A stretch of 64,000 nucleotides of DNA from a virus (IMGVR_UViG_3300037400_002261:32001-96000), one strand, 5' to 3'. Counted from the stretch's first letter, positions 7,447 to 19,381 are shown. Numbers and translations: made by a program. The notes: a model not told the origin generated them from the sequence alone.

Positions 7447-8581
7447 ATGATTGGAATATATAAAATAACTAATTTAGAGAATGGAAAAATGTATGTTGGT
7501 CAATCTGTTGATATAAATAGAAGATGGAAAAATCATAAAAGGTTATTAAATAATAATAAACATCAAAATAAACATTTGCAGAGTTCTTGGAATATTTATG
7601 GATCTGAAAAATTTGAATTTTCAATTATTGAGTTATGCAATGAAAATGAATTGGATGAGAAAGAAATATATTGGATAGATAAACTAAGAACTTATCATGG
7701 TTTTCCAGATTGTAATGGATATAATGATGCGCTTGGTGGAAAAGGTGCTTCATGTATTCATCCTGTATTACAATTTAATTTATCTGGTGATTTAATTAAA
7801 AAATGGTAGAATGCTCTATATGCTGCTAGAGAACTTAATATTGATGCTAGTATCATATATTTATGTATACACAGAAAAATTAAACGGGCTGGAAAATATA
7901 TTTTTTGTTATATTGAGGATTATAATAATTCAGATAGTCTAAAATGGTATTTTGATGATAGAAAAGTCGCTCCAGTATTACAATGTGATTTATTTGGAAA
8001 TATTATTAATAAATGGGATACTTGTCAAATAGCTAAATCTGAATTGGGGTATAATCCTATTAGATCTAGAGAAAATAATACTTTGGTTTCTCATGGATAT
8101 ATCTATATTTATGAAGATGATTATAATCAATTGACTGATGAATATTTACAATATATTCGTAGTGCATATAATAAAGTAAAGGTAAAAAAAAGTTATTCAA
8201 TTAGATCAGAATGGAGTTATTGTTCAATCATTTGATTCTATGCATGATGCAGCCAGAAATGGCTTTCATATTAGAATGGTGAGAGAATGCTGTCAACATA
8301 AGCGAAATACATTAAAAGGATTTGTGTTTTGTTATGATGATGAAATAGATAATTATACTCCAGAAAAATGTTATGAATTATGTAATTCTAGAAGAAAAAA
8401 TAATCGTGGGAAAAAAATTATTCAAATTGATAAAGATAATACAATTGTAAAAATTTATGATAAATTATCTGATGTTTTAGTTGATGGTTTTAATATGAGT
8501 AATGTAAGTGATTGCTGTAATGGTTTAGTTGATAACTATAAAGGATATAAATGGATTTATGAAAAGGATGGTGCTATATGA
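7447..8581 (+). pseudogene. free-standing GIY-YIG homing endonuclease with NUMOD1-like repeats; one TAG (Gln) and a frameshift at an A8 run
   Basis: MIGIYKITNLENGKMYVGQS is the GIY-YIG motif. Reads through TAG 7807. At A8 (8184-8191) the repeat VIQLDQNGVIVQSFDSMHDAA continues in the +1 frame to TGA 8581. Confidence 0.8.
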
Positions 8582-9624
8582 TAAGATTAAGACCAGCACT
8601 TACAGAAGAAGAAGTGAGAAAAACTGGCGTTGCATAGATAAGGCAGGAATATAATAAATTAGCCAAAGATTATAATCGTATAATTAATGGGGATGTATAT
8701 TTATGTCAAAAATGTAACGAATTTCACAGTGTTGATGCTTTCTATAGTGATAAAAAATATGCAAGTGGTTTATTCCCTATATGTAAAAAATGTTTAATAG
8801 GTATGGCTTGTGACTATGATAAAAAAACAAATCAATATACTGATAATCGTGAAAAGACAATGAAGGTTTTGGAAATGATGGATTTGCCATATATTGATTC
8901 TATGTATCAATCCGCTCTTACTTCTTGTGCGGAAGATGTTCAAGACAAACATCGGAATACTGCATGGTCACATTATATTACTGTTATTAAATCTCTTCCA
9001 AATTGGCGTGGTAAAGGATGGGCAGATTCAGAATTACCATCAGATCAATTTGAGGAAGAAGTAAAAATAAATAATAAAACTCTTAAAAACGCAGTTAAAA
9101 GATTTGGACCAGGTTACACAAATGAAGATTATATGTTTCTTGAAAATGAATATCAAGATTGGATAACAAGATATGAGTGTAATACAAAGGCTCAAGAAGC
9201 TGCATTCGAAAGATTGAGTTTTAAAAAGTGGGAAATTAATAATGCTACCAAGAAAGGTCTTCCAACCAAGGATTTGGATAAGACTTATCAAGAATGGCTA
9301 GGTACTGCTAACATACAACCAAGGCAGACAAGTATGGATGCTACTGCTGATGCTCAAACGTTTGGAACATTAATTCAAAAATATGAAGAAACTAGACCTC
9401 TTCCAGAAATTGATCCCGACTTGGAAGATGTTGATAAGATAGGCTTGCTGATTGATGTGTTTTTCCGTGGACACGCAAGCAAGATGTTAGGATTAAAAAA
9501 CACGTTTTCGCATTTATATGAAAGATTTATGAAAAAATATACAGTAAACAAACCAGAATATGATGAGGATACTGATAGCGAAACTGTTTTTGAAAAAGTA
9601 TTTGGTAGTATGGAGGATGATTAA
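8578..9624 (+). CDS. terS: probable terminase small subunit (YonG-like, Zn finger); TAG=Gln
   Basis: ATGA overlap start; one TAG at codon 20; CQKC...CKKC zinc finger; directly upstream of terL with TAATG coupling. Confidence 0.7.
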
Positions 9625-11390
9625 TGCCACCAAAAAATAAAAAGACATTAGCAGATGTTCAGAAAGAAAAGTCTGAGCGTTTAATGGACGGGATCGCATA
9701 TTGGGCAGCTTTCTATAGAAAGAATGCTCATAGATTTGTAAATGATTTTTTAAATATTAAGCTGAAAACATTTTAGAAAATTTTAGTGTACATGATGATG
9801 GTTAGCACTAATTTTCTATATATTGCAAGCCGTGGTTCTGGTAAGACTTGGCTTACAGCTTTATATTGTGTAGTCCGTTGTATTTTATATCCAGGCACAA
9901 AGATTTGTGTTGCATCTGGTGTAAAATCATAGGCTGTTGAAGTAATTACGAAAATTGATACAGACTTCTTGAAAAATTATTCATGGGGTTCTTAGAATTT
10001 AAGAAATGAAATAGAATATATATCAACGAGTGTTAATAATGCTCGTGTAGATTTTAAGAATGGTTCTTGGATTACTGTTGTTACTAGTAATGATAATGCT
10101 CGTCATAATCGTGCGAATATTGTTGTTGTAGATGAATTTAGGATGGTTGATTTAAATGTGATCAATACTGTATTGAGAAAATTCTTAACAACATCAAGAA
10201 TGCCTGGATATTTAAGTAAACCAGAGTATGCTCACTTACAAGAGCGTAACTCTGAAATATATATGAGTTCAGCTTTTTATCAAAGTCATTGGAGTTTTGA
10301 TAAGACAAAATCATATTTTGCAAATATGTTGGATGATAAAAGGCGATATTTTTGTTGTAGCCTACCTTATTAGCTTGCTATTAAAGAGGGATTATTATCT
10401 CGTGAACAAGTTGAAGATGAAATGAGTGAGGCAGATTTTGATCCTATTGCATTCTCTATGGAGATGGGTGCTGAATTTTATGGAGATTCTGATGGGGCAT
10501 TTTTCAGATATGATGATATATCTAAATGCAGAAAAATAAAAACTCCATATTATCCTATTGATTTTTATGATAAGCGTGGTATCAATGTACCAGAATTAGC
10601 AATAGGGGAAAGAAGAATATTGTCGGTTGACGTAGCTCTTATGGCATCAAGAAAACATAATAATGACGCTGCTGCTATCACAATTAATGTAGCATTACCG
10701 AATAGTGATACTTCTTATATAAGTAATATTGTATATGTTGAAACATTTGAGGGATTAACAACAGATGAATTAGGACTTACTATAATGAGATATTTTTACC
10801 ATTATAAATGTACTGATTTAGTTCTGGATAGTTCTGGCAATGGTTTAGGTGTTTATGATGTTATTATTAAAGAAACATATGATCCATAGCTTGGTATAAC
10901 GTATGATGCGTTATGCGCATGTAATGATGATAATATGGCAAGTCGTTGTAAAGTTAAAAATGCAAGAAAATGTGTTTGGTGTATTAAAGCATCTGCGGAT
11001 TTTAACTCAAATGCTGCTACTGCTTTGAGGGCTGGTTTTAAAAATGGAAATATTAATCTTCTTGTTTCAGAATTTGATGCCGAGGAAATTATAAAAAAGA
11101 CAAAAGGATATTCTAAGTTATCTGCCAAAGAATAGGCTACATTAAGTTTGCCATATTTATAGACAAGTCTTTTGATTAATGAAATGATAAATTTGGAACA
11201 TGAGATAAATAATAACAAGGTAAAATTAAAAGAGCGGTCAGGAATGAGAAAGGATAGATTCAGTTCTATTGAATATAATTATTGGATTGCACAAGAACTT
11301 GGTTTAAAACTTAGACCTAAACAATCATCTAATGATTTATTAAAATATATATCTATTACTCCACCTTGCCGTTCAAAAACTTATGATTAA
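9624..11390 (+). CDS. terL: terminase large subunit (588 aa); TAG=Gln
   Basis: One frame across 7 TAGs. LKTF[TAG]KIL Q-motif, Walker A ASRGSGKT, Walker B VVVDEF, nuclease motifs SVDVA, LVLDSSG and RKDRFSS. Confidence 0.95.
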
Positions 11391-11409
11391 TTAAGAAAGG
11401 AGGCGCTTC

Positions 11410-13002
11410 ATGCCCAGAAAACCTAAAGCGCAAGAGGCGCTTACTGATAGTCGTGAAGGTGTTATGAGCCAACAACTTGTTCCAAAAAAGAAAAAGGATG
11501 AAGTTGAGGTTATAAATAGACCTACGGCTTTAGATTTTGAAAAAACCAAAAAACTGAAAGAGTTGATTTTGTAGGATGTTTCCAGAGGTAGGACGCAGAC
11601 TGCAATGCAATATACAAAAAGTTTGGTTTCTACTTATTTATAGAATCCATATAACTTCAGAAGTTAGATAATTGGTGTATCCAGATTTTTATGGAGAGTT
11701 AGTGCGATTTATCGTAAGATAATTTTTTATTATGCTACAATGCCTAAATATAATTATTGTATTGTTGAAAGACCAGAATTTACAAAAACTCCTAATGTTA
11801 AAAAAATGTTGAATGATTATGAGACAGTTCTTCGCAGAGTACATCAATTTAATTTTAAAGAAGAATTTGCCACTGCTATTGCTCTTGCAATACGTGATGG
11901 TTCATATGTTGGTTATATGTATGATAATGAAAATGAAGGGTCTTTTCTTCATATGCTACCAGTGGAGTATTATAAAATACGTGGTAAGAATGAAGCTGGA
12001 CAATGGGTGGTATTTTTTGATGCTACATATTTTGCAGTTGGTCAGAATAGAATATTTGTAGAAGGTATTGATGGTGACACTTCTGGGTGTTGGGCAGATG
12101 AGTTTATACAAGGATGGAAAGATTATAATTCTAACAGGGATTTAAGATGGTTTATGTTAGATCCATCTAAGACTATAACTCTTCTTGGTGGACTTCAAGA
12201 TGAATTTGATAATCCATTACCTTTTTTTACTGGGTTGTTTCCGTCTATTCTTAATATGTTATCTGCTGAAGAACTGGTAGCTGATAGAACAGAATTAGAC
12301 AACTTCTATCTTCTTCTGTTAAAGATTGATACTTTTGATGAAAATACTGTTGATGATTTTGAAGTAAGCCTTGAATTGGCTAATGCTTATAAAGATGCTC
12401 TTGAGGGTATTATGCCGAAATTAAGTGGCGTAGGTCTGGCTCCAGGTATGGTGCCTGAACTTATTACGTTTAATAAGGCTAATTCAACTAATGACGAAAG
12501 TATTGTTCAGGAAAATATAAATAATATTTTTGCTCAATCTGGAGCAAGTCAAACAGTTGTTTCTTCTGGAGATTCACAAAGTGCATTGAGTATTAAATAT
12601 TCGCTAATTAATGATTTTAGCTATGTTGCTCTTCTTCTTTCTCGCCTTGAAAAAAATTATCAATATTATATTGATAAAAATATTTCCGAGAATACTATTT
12701 TCACCATTCATCATCAAACACATTATAATGAAGATGAATATCTTGAAAAGTTAAAAACTTCAGCGACTCTTGGTGGTTCTGCCATGAAGTATGGCACAGC
12801 AATGAATATGACACCATATGAATTTTATTGCACTATAAAATTTGAGTCTGCAATTGGTTTAAAATCTATGATGGAGCCTCTTGAGTCTAGTTATCAAAAG
12901 TCAGCGAATGATAATGATGATGCAGGTAGACCAAGGGCTTCTGATGATGAGATATCTGGAAGCGCAGAGAGAACGAGAAATATAGTTGATGATAATGTAT
13001 AA
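11410..13002 (+). CDS. portal protein (YonE-like, 530 aa); TAG=Gln
   Basis: AGGAGG RBS; 3 TAGs in the first 90 codons; follows terL; acidic C-terminus with the GRP motif typical of portals. Confidence 0.85.
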
Positions 13003-13024
13003 AAATATAAAGGAGTTGATGCAT

Positions 13025-13201
13025 ATGAAGAATGCCAACTTTATCAACACTACTGATGAACAGACTGCGGAGACTCTTAGGTCTTTAGGTTTTAAAGAAT
13101 TGCCAAAGTCTGGAAATAGATATGTGTTTATTAATGACAATAAAATGATGTTTTCATCTGATGATATGAAAATTAATTTTACAGATATTTTAACGTTTTA
13201 A
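13025..13201 (+). CDS. small hypothetical protein
   Basis: AGGAG RBS; MKNANFINTTDEQTAETLRSLGFKEL... Confidence 0.7.
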   Translation: MKNANFINTTDEQTAETLRSLGFKELPKSGNRYVFINDNKMMFSSDDMKINFTDILTF

Positions 13202-13237
13202 TTTTTTATCACGAAACGCCATACTTTTACATATTAA

Positions 13238-13266
13238 ATTATATACTATTGACAATCAAATGTCAA
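13238..13266 (-). promoter_or_regulatory. perfect sigma70/sigmaA consensus promoter on the minus strand, overlapping a TTGACA-N6-TGTCAA palindrome
   Basis: Reverse complement of 13238-13266 is TTGACA-tttgattgtcaatagta (17 nt)-TATAAT. Confidence 0.75.
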
Positions 13267-13572
13267 GCATTACTCTCCTATCTTCAGGAGAGAATTTAGT
13301 TGCCATACTCATGTTGGGATTACGTCCCCAACTGGCAACAGAAGAATATGGTGGATAATTGCCACCCCTCTTTTATTTTATTTAAGAGACTGCGAAATGT
13401 GGTTTTTGTTTTGGTTTCTTTGGTCAACCTGTGGGTTGTTAATGAACATTATATTTAATGAGATAGTTCGCCATAATGAGGTCAGATGGAGAATCTGATA
13501 AGGAGCTAAAGTGGGACGGCTACTGCTCTCCCATCTCTGCCTCTTATTAATTTATTAAAGGAGGAATTTGTT

Positions 13573-14748
13573 ATGGCTTATAATAAAGAAACTGGAATGT
13601 ATGAAGGGTTTATATATAAAATAACAAATAATATTAATGGTCATTTTTATATTGGACAAACTCGTACAACTGTTGAAGAAAGATTTTATAATCATACAAA
13701 AGATTATTCAATAAGTAAATATCAAAAATACGGTTTATACAAAGCTTTTAAAAAGTATGGCGTTGATAATTTTAGTGTTGATACAATAGAAACTCATCAA
13801 GCATTTACACTTACAGAATTAAATAATATATTAAATGAAAGGGAAATGTTGTTAATAGCAGAAAATCGTAATATATATGGTAAAGATTTTTTATATAATC
13901 ATTCTCGTGGTGGGGACTATGATGGTTGTGCAACTGAAAATATACCTGTGATACAATATAATTATATAGGTGAAGAAATTAATAGATTTGATTCTATTGT
14001 TGATGCTAAAAGAATCACTGGGGTTTCTGGTATTAGTGGAGTTATTAATAAAAAACCATAGAATTTATCTTCTGGTGGATATATTTGGAGAAAACAAAAT
14101 GATCCTTTGACAAATGAAGAAATTCGTTTTATTATGATTCATTTTAATACAATGCCGATTAGATAGTATGGATATAATAATACATTTATTAAACAATATG
14201 ATTCAGTTAAAGAAGCTTCTGAATCTATTGCCAATGATAGATACAATAATAATGATATTGTATCACATATAAAAATGTGTTGTGAACATAAAAGTAAAAC
14301 GGCATACGGATATATATGGAGATATGAATTTGATAATTCTTTTGATGATGTAGATTATAAAAACTGTCAATTTGCAATTGAACAAAGAGAAAACGGCACT
14401 GGTAAATTACTTAATACGTTTATCTCTACTATAGAAGCAGAAAAAATAACTGGTGTTGATGATAGTATTATTTCACAATGTTGTAATCATAATTTAGATT
14501 CAGCGGGTGGTTATTTGTGGAATAAAGTAGGGGATTATAATCCGAATATTCTTAAAACTATAACAATTAAACCAGTTGTTCAATTATCAAAACAAGGTGA
14601 ATATATAGCCACTTACGATTCTCCGACTTGTGCTCAAAATGCAACTGGTATTTATTCTAAAAGTATTAGCAGAGTATGTAGAGGCTTTTTAAAATCTACT
14701 GGTGGATATAATTGGCAATATTTATATGATTATTTAAAAATATTATAA
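13573..14748 (+). CDS. free-standing GIY-YIG homing endonuclease with NUMOD1-like repeats (391 aa); TAG=Gln
   Basis: GFIYKITNNINGHFYIGQT; repeats PVIQY, PIR[TAG]Y and PVVQL with GGYxW ends; 2 TAGs join the track fragments. Confidence 0.9.
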
Positions 14749-14761
14749 TAGGGGGTGAAAT

Positions 14762-16552
14762 ATGCGTAAGAAAAAACTTTTATTTATGGAAGATCTTTTA
14801 CAACTCTTCCGTGAAAATAATCTTACAAAATTTTCCTCTTCTGATTCAGGTTATAGATTATGTGTGTAGGTTCCAGCAACTTTCGAAGTTGAGGACGAAG
14901 TTGATGATGATCATCGTGGAATGATGCGTTTAAAAATTAGGGTTTTCCATATAGATGCTAATCGTAATGGAAGTTTTGTATCCAAGAAAGCTGCGAAAGA
15001 TGCAATGCCTACTATTAAAAATAGACCAGTTATGGCTTACATTCATTAGCGTGATGATGGTGAATGGGATTTTGAAGCACATAATATGACTATTGAAACA
15101 GATGAAAATGGAAATAATTATTTTGATTATTAGGAAAAATAGGTCGGTTCATTTGACGAAAGTGAACCGTTTTTTGAATATGATAAAGAGTTAGACAAAA
15201 CGTATGTGTGTGCATATGCATACATAAGTGAGGATTATACTCGCGCCTGTGATATTATTCGCAGAAAAGGCGGGACGAAAAATTCAGTGGAATTGTCCAT
15301 TGAGGAATTAGCATACAATGCTAAAGAAAATTATCTTGAACTTCAAAAATTCTACGTATCAGCTTCGACGTTGCTCGGATCTTATAATGATGGTACAGAA
15401 GTAGCGGAGGGGATGATTGGCTCTCGTGCTGATATCGTAGATTTTAGCGAAAAGAATAATTCTGTTTTATCTGATAGACAAGAATTAATTAATGAAGTAG
15501 CTACTGCTGTTATTAAACAGCTTAGTGATAAAAAGGCAAATTTTGCTGACTATAACTACGGAAAGGAGGAAATTCCAGTGGACAAAGAAAACGTAAATGT
15601 TGAATTTGAAGAGGCAAATACTGATGAAGTCGAAGTAAAAGAAGAAATGGCTGAAACAGTTGAAGTCGAAACCACTGAAGAGGAAACTCTGGTACTTGAA
15701 GCAGAAACTTCTGATGAAGATTCTGTAAAGAATACTGACGAAACTCCCGAAGTGGTTAATGAATTTGCAGATGATGATCCTGCTGACGATCTTGTCGATG
15801 AAGGTGGCTCTGAAAGTGATCCAACTGATAATCCAACCGAGGAAACAACTGAGGATGAGCATCAGTCTACTTCTGCTATTGAAGATGAAGATTCTACGGG
15901 CACTAGAGTTGAGAATAGTTTAGAGTATTCCGCTACTTTTAATGGTAAAACACGTTCTTGTTTTGCAACATTAAATGAGCAGCTTGAAGCTCTTTGGGTT
16001 CTTGTTAATGATACGTATGGCGAATCTGATAATGAGTGGTACTCGATTGACGCAGATCCAGAAAAAAAGTTGGTATATATGCATGGATGGAATAATAATT
16101 ATCGCCAGTCATACAAAGTTAAGAATGATGTGTTTAGTCTTACTGGGGACAGAGTTCGTATATATCCTATATGGGTTTCAGAAGACGAGAAGAAAGAGAT
16201 TGAAAACATGAAGTTTAATTACTCTTCTATCGAGTCTGAACTTAATTCTTATAAAGCTAAAGAACTTCATTCTGCTCGTGAAGCAGTACTTGCATCTGAT
16301 GATTATTCTGTAATGGCAGATTTTGAAGAGTTTAAAGATCTTAAATCTCATATGGATGAGTATTCTGTCGAGGAACTTACAAATAAGGCTGACCTCGTTT
16401 ATGCTAAGTTTATGAAATCCAACTACAGTACTTTTGCTGCTAATGAGCAATCAAAGAAACGTAGTATGGTATTTATGGCTTCAAGCGAAAATACAGAAGA
16501 AGAAAGACTTCCTTACGGTGGTCTTTTTAAAAATTTTAAAAGTAAAAAGTAA
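14762..16552 (+). CDS. prohead protease/scaffold (YonD-like, 596 aa); TAG=Gln
   Basis: FHIDANRNGS and NSVEL protease-like motifs, then a long acidic scaffold; 4 TAGs near the N-terminus; lies between portal and capsid. Confidence 0.8.
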
Positions 16553-16578
16553 ATAATAATTACATAGTCTATTTTACT

Positions 16579-16606
16579 TGGCGGGGATAATATCCCTGTT
16601 ATTTTT
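16579..16606 (+). terminator. terminator-like hairpin
   Basis: TGGCGGGGAT-AAT-ATCCCTGTTA followed by TTTTT. Confidence 0.5.
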
Positions 16607-16637
16607 GCAAAAATTTAAGAAAGGAGAAATGATAGCT

Positions 16638-17159
16638 ATGATTAATGCATTTTTACAGGCTGTAAATAAGCACATTGTTGCTGAAAGTACTAATCTTCAG
16701 GCTACATATGATGCTAAACACATTTTCAATGTAAAAGCTGGTGCTGACATTGATAATGGTCGTGTTGTTAATCTGGATGATATGGCTTGGGAAGCTAATG
16801 AGTATTTTACCATGGTTGAGCCTACTGCTACTTCCAGAGTTGGTCTGGTACTGAGTGTACCGATTGGTTATGATGAAAGACCGAAAGCTGCTACTTATGA
16901 GCATAACTTCTATAATGGTCAGGGAGAGATCATGAGAGTTTATGATCTTCTGATTGGTGATAAGTTCACTGTTTCTGCTAATGGTATTGACGGCGGTGAC
17001 GCTGTTCAGAAGGGTGCTTATATTGTTGCAGATGGTTATAATCTGAAAGCATAGGCTGCAAAACCCGCTGCAAGTGCTGGTTTCGTTGGCGAAATCGTTG
17101 AGGAAATCAACCGCACCAATGGTAAGTTCTATAAGATTTTTGTTCGCAAGAATGGTTAA
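16638..17159 (+). CDS. capsid decoration/cement protein (YonC-like); TAG=Gln
   Basis: 173 aa with one TAG at 17052; highly biased codon usage; immediately upstream of the major capsid gene. Confidence 0.7.
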
Positions 17160-17177
17160 TGAAAGGAGGGAAATGTA

Positions 17178-18281
17178 ATGAGTAAATTTATGAATTTTGC
17201 TGCTAATACTAAAGCTGCATTTGATAATAACGAGTCTGCGTACATGAACTTCTCTCAGCTTCTTGCTGATTATAATCGTGGAGTATTCCAGTCTGGAATT
17301 ACCAAGGCTGATGCAGATGAAATGATTAAGGAAAAATTCCGTCTTATTATGGGTATTGACGAGACTGCTTCTAAGAAAGAAATTCGTAGAGCAATCAATC
17401 GTCATAAAAATGAGATTTTCGAAGTCATAGAAGATACTGTTGACAATATGTTGACATCTGGATGGACAGATAATGAATTTTTCAGGGACTTCGTGGAAAC
17501 CAAAAATCTCGCTCTTGGTGATACCAACGAGTTTGAAACAGAAGATGAAACCGTTCTGACAGTTGGTAAACTTAGCGGCGATCACTGGGATATTGATAGA
17601 CAACGCCTCGGAATTGGAGAGGTGTTCCGTGTACCGACTTATTGGGTTGGTCTTGGTGTATACGAGGAATTCGAGCGTGTTATGCTCGGAAGAGCAGACT
17701 GGACTCGTCTTGTAAATGCTATCTATGAAGCTATGGATAAGTATGTTGATGAGGTTGTATATCAGGCCGTTATGGAAGCTGGACAGAAGGTTCTTCCTGG
17801 TTCTGAACAGTTCTATAAGACTGCTGCTCTTGATGCTGCTGCTCATGATGCCTTTATCACTATGGTAGAGGATGTGTAGGCCGCAAATAGGGGGACTGAG
17901 GTAGTTATTATGGGTACGAAGACTGCTCTTTCTAAGCTGAAGAATCTGGCTGATGTTAACTGGATTGCTAAGGAAGATCGTACAGACCATAGAAACCTTG
18001 GTCATGTTGGTATCTTTGAGGGTACTCGTGTTGTTGAGATTCCGCAGGTATTTGCTAAGAATGATACTACTACAAAGATGGTAGATCCTAACGTTCTGCT
18101 GATTATGCCTGTAGCTGATAATAAGTTCATCAAACTCGTTTATGAGGGTGATGCTATGATTAAAGAGGTTACTGATAATACTGTTAACCAAGATATGACT
18201 TATGAAGTTAAGTATATGACCAAGCTTGGTGTGAGCACCATCATTGGCAGATATTTTGGCACCTGGAATATCACGACCTAA
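17178..18281 (+). CDS. major capsid protein (YonB-like, 367 aa); TAG=Gln
   Basis: Track fragments 17178-17879 and 17910-18281 are in frame and joined by one TAG (17877); AGGAGG RBS; size and position fit. Confidence 0.88.
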
Positions 18282-18310
18282 TTTATTAAATTTGAAAGGA
18301 TTAAAAGGAT

Positions 18311-18898
18311 ATGGCTACGACCACAAAAAGGAGAGTTGTCAAGACTGCACCAAAGGAAACTGTTGATGAGAAAGTTACTTTGAATGAAGAGCCTGTTGCC
18401 GAGAAAGTGGTTAAGAAAGAAGCAAAGAAAGAACCACGCCAGTTTAATCAGAACGATCTCATCCTTTGTCGTTCTGTAACTGCTGGTTGGCTTGGTTGCA
18501 GTGGTAAGTCTGGACAATATTATGTATTTGAAAACTTTGGAGATGAATGTGAAATCGAATATCAGGATTTGTTTGCGCTTAAAAGTAGGCATTCTAACTA
18601 CATCTATGCACCCCATTTTGTAATTGAGGATGAAGAGTTGCTTGAAAATCCTCGCTGGGCAGATGTAGCTAAGTTCTATGATGAAAAAGTATATACTATG
18701 GAAGATGTTGAAGAGGTACTTAATCTTCCAATTAATAACTTTGAAGCTGCTCTTAAAAAGCTTCCAAAGGGATTGGCTAAATCTCTTCAAGTGCGTGTTG
18801 CGCAAAAAATTGAAGATGGAACATTTGATTCTCTCAAAAAAATAAAAATCATCGATGATGTTTATGGAACTGATTTCAGAAGTATTATCGCTGATTAA
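18311..18898 (+). CDS. hypothetical head-associated protein (YonA-like)
   Basis: 195 aa, no TAG, directly after the major capsid gene. Confidence 0.75.
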   Translation: MATTTKRRVVKTAPKETVDEKVTLNEEPVAEKVVKKEAKKEPRQFNQNDLILCRSVTAGWLGCSGKSGQYYVFENFGDECEIEYQDLFALKSRHSNYIYAPHFVIEDEELLENPRWADVAKFYDEKVYTMEDVEEVLNLPINNFEAALKKLPKGLAKSLQVRVAQKIEDGTFDSLKKIKIIDDVYGTDFRSIIAD

Positions 18899-18913
18899 GA
18901 GGAGGGTTGAATC

Positions 18914-19381
18914 ATGACCACCTCAGAATATGATGAAATCTACTCACGCTTTTATTTGCGTGTTAAAGATTATGAAATGTCTGGATTAAAGGAAAGTTTA
19001 GTAAAGGAAATATTAAACGGATATTTGCGGTCTGTTATTTCCAAACCTATGGTTAGAAGATTATTCACTTCTATCTCAATGGACGATGATATAGAAGAGA
19101 TTGATTATGAACTCCGTGATTAGTTAGACGAAGAATCGGATAAAGATTTTGTTGAAGAAGTTTTGGCGGTTGGAATGGTTGAGAGATGGGTTAATCCAAG
19201 ATATCAATCAACTTTATTAACTAGTCAACTTCTTACAAATTCTGAGCAAAAATTTTATAGTTAGGCTCCTCACTTAGCTGAGATGCGAGAAATGTATAAA
19301 AAGGCTCAAACCGACCTTCGCAAACTTATCCGTGATAGAGCTTATTCTTTAAGTATTATTAATGGAGTTGAAACAACGTGA
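18914..19381 (+). CDS. putative head-tail adaptor; TAG=Gln
   Basis: 155 aa across 2 TAGs (KFYS[TAG]APHL); GGAGG RBS; position. Confidence 0.7.

Noticed and set aside
13202-14760. Group I intron hosting the GIY-YIG gene
   Set aside because: Flanking genes are complete with their own starts and stops, and I recognised no intron core.
16653-18191. 512-aa minus-strand ORF
   Set aside because: Antisense shadow of the codon-biased capsid genes; no RBS or recognisable motif.
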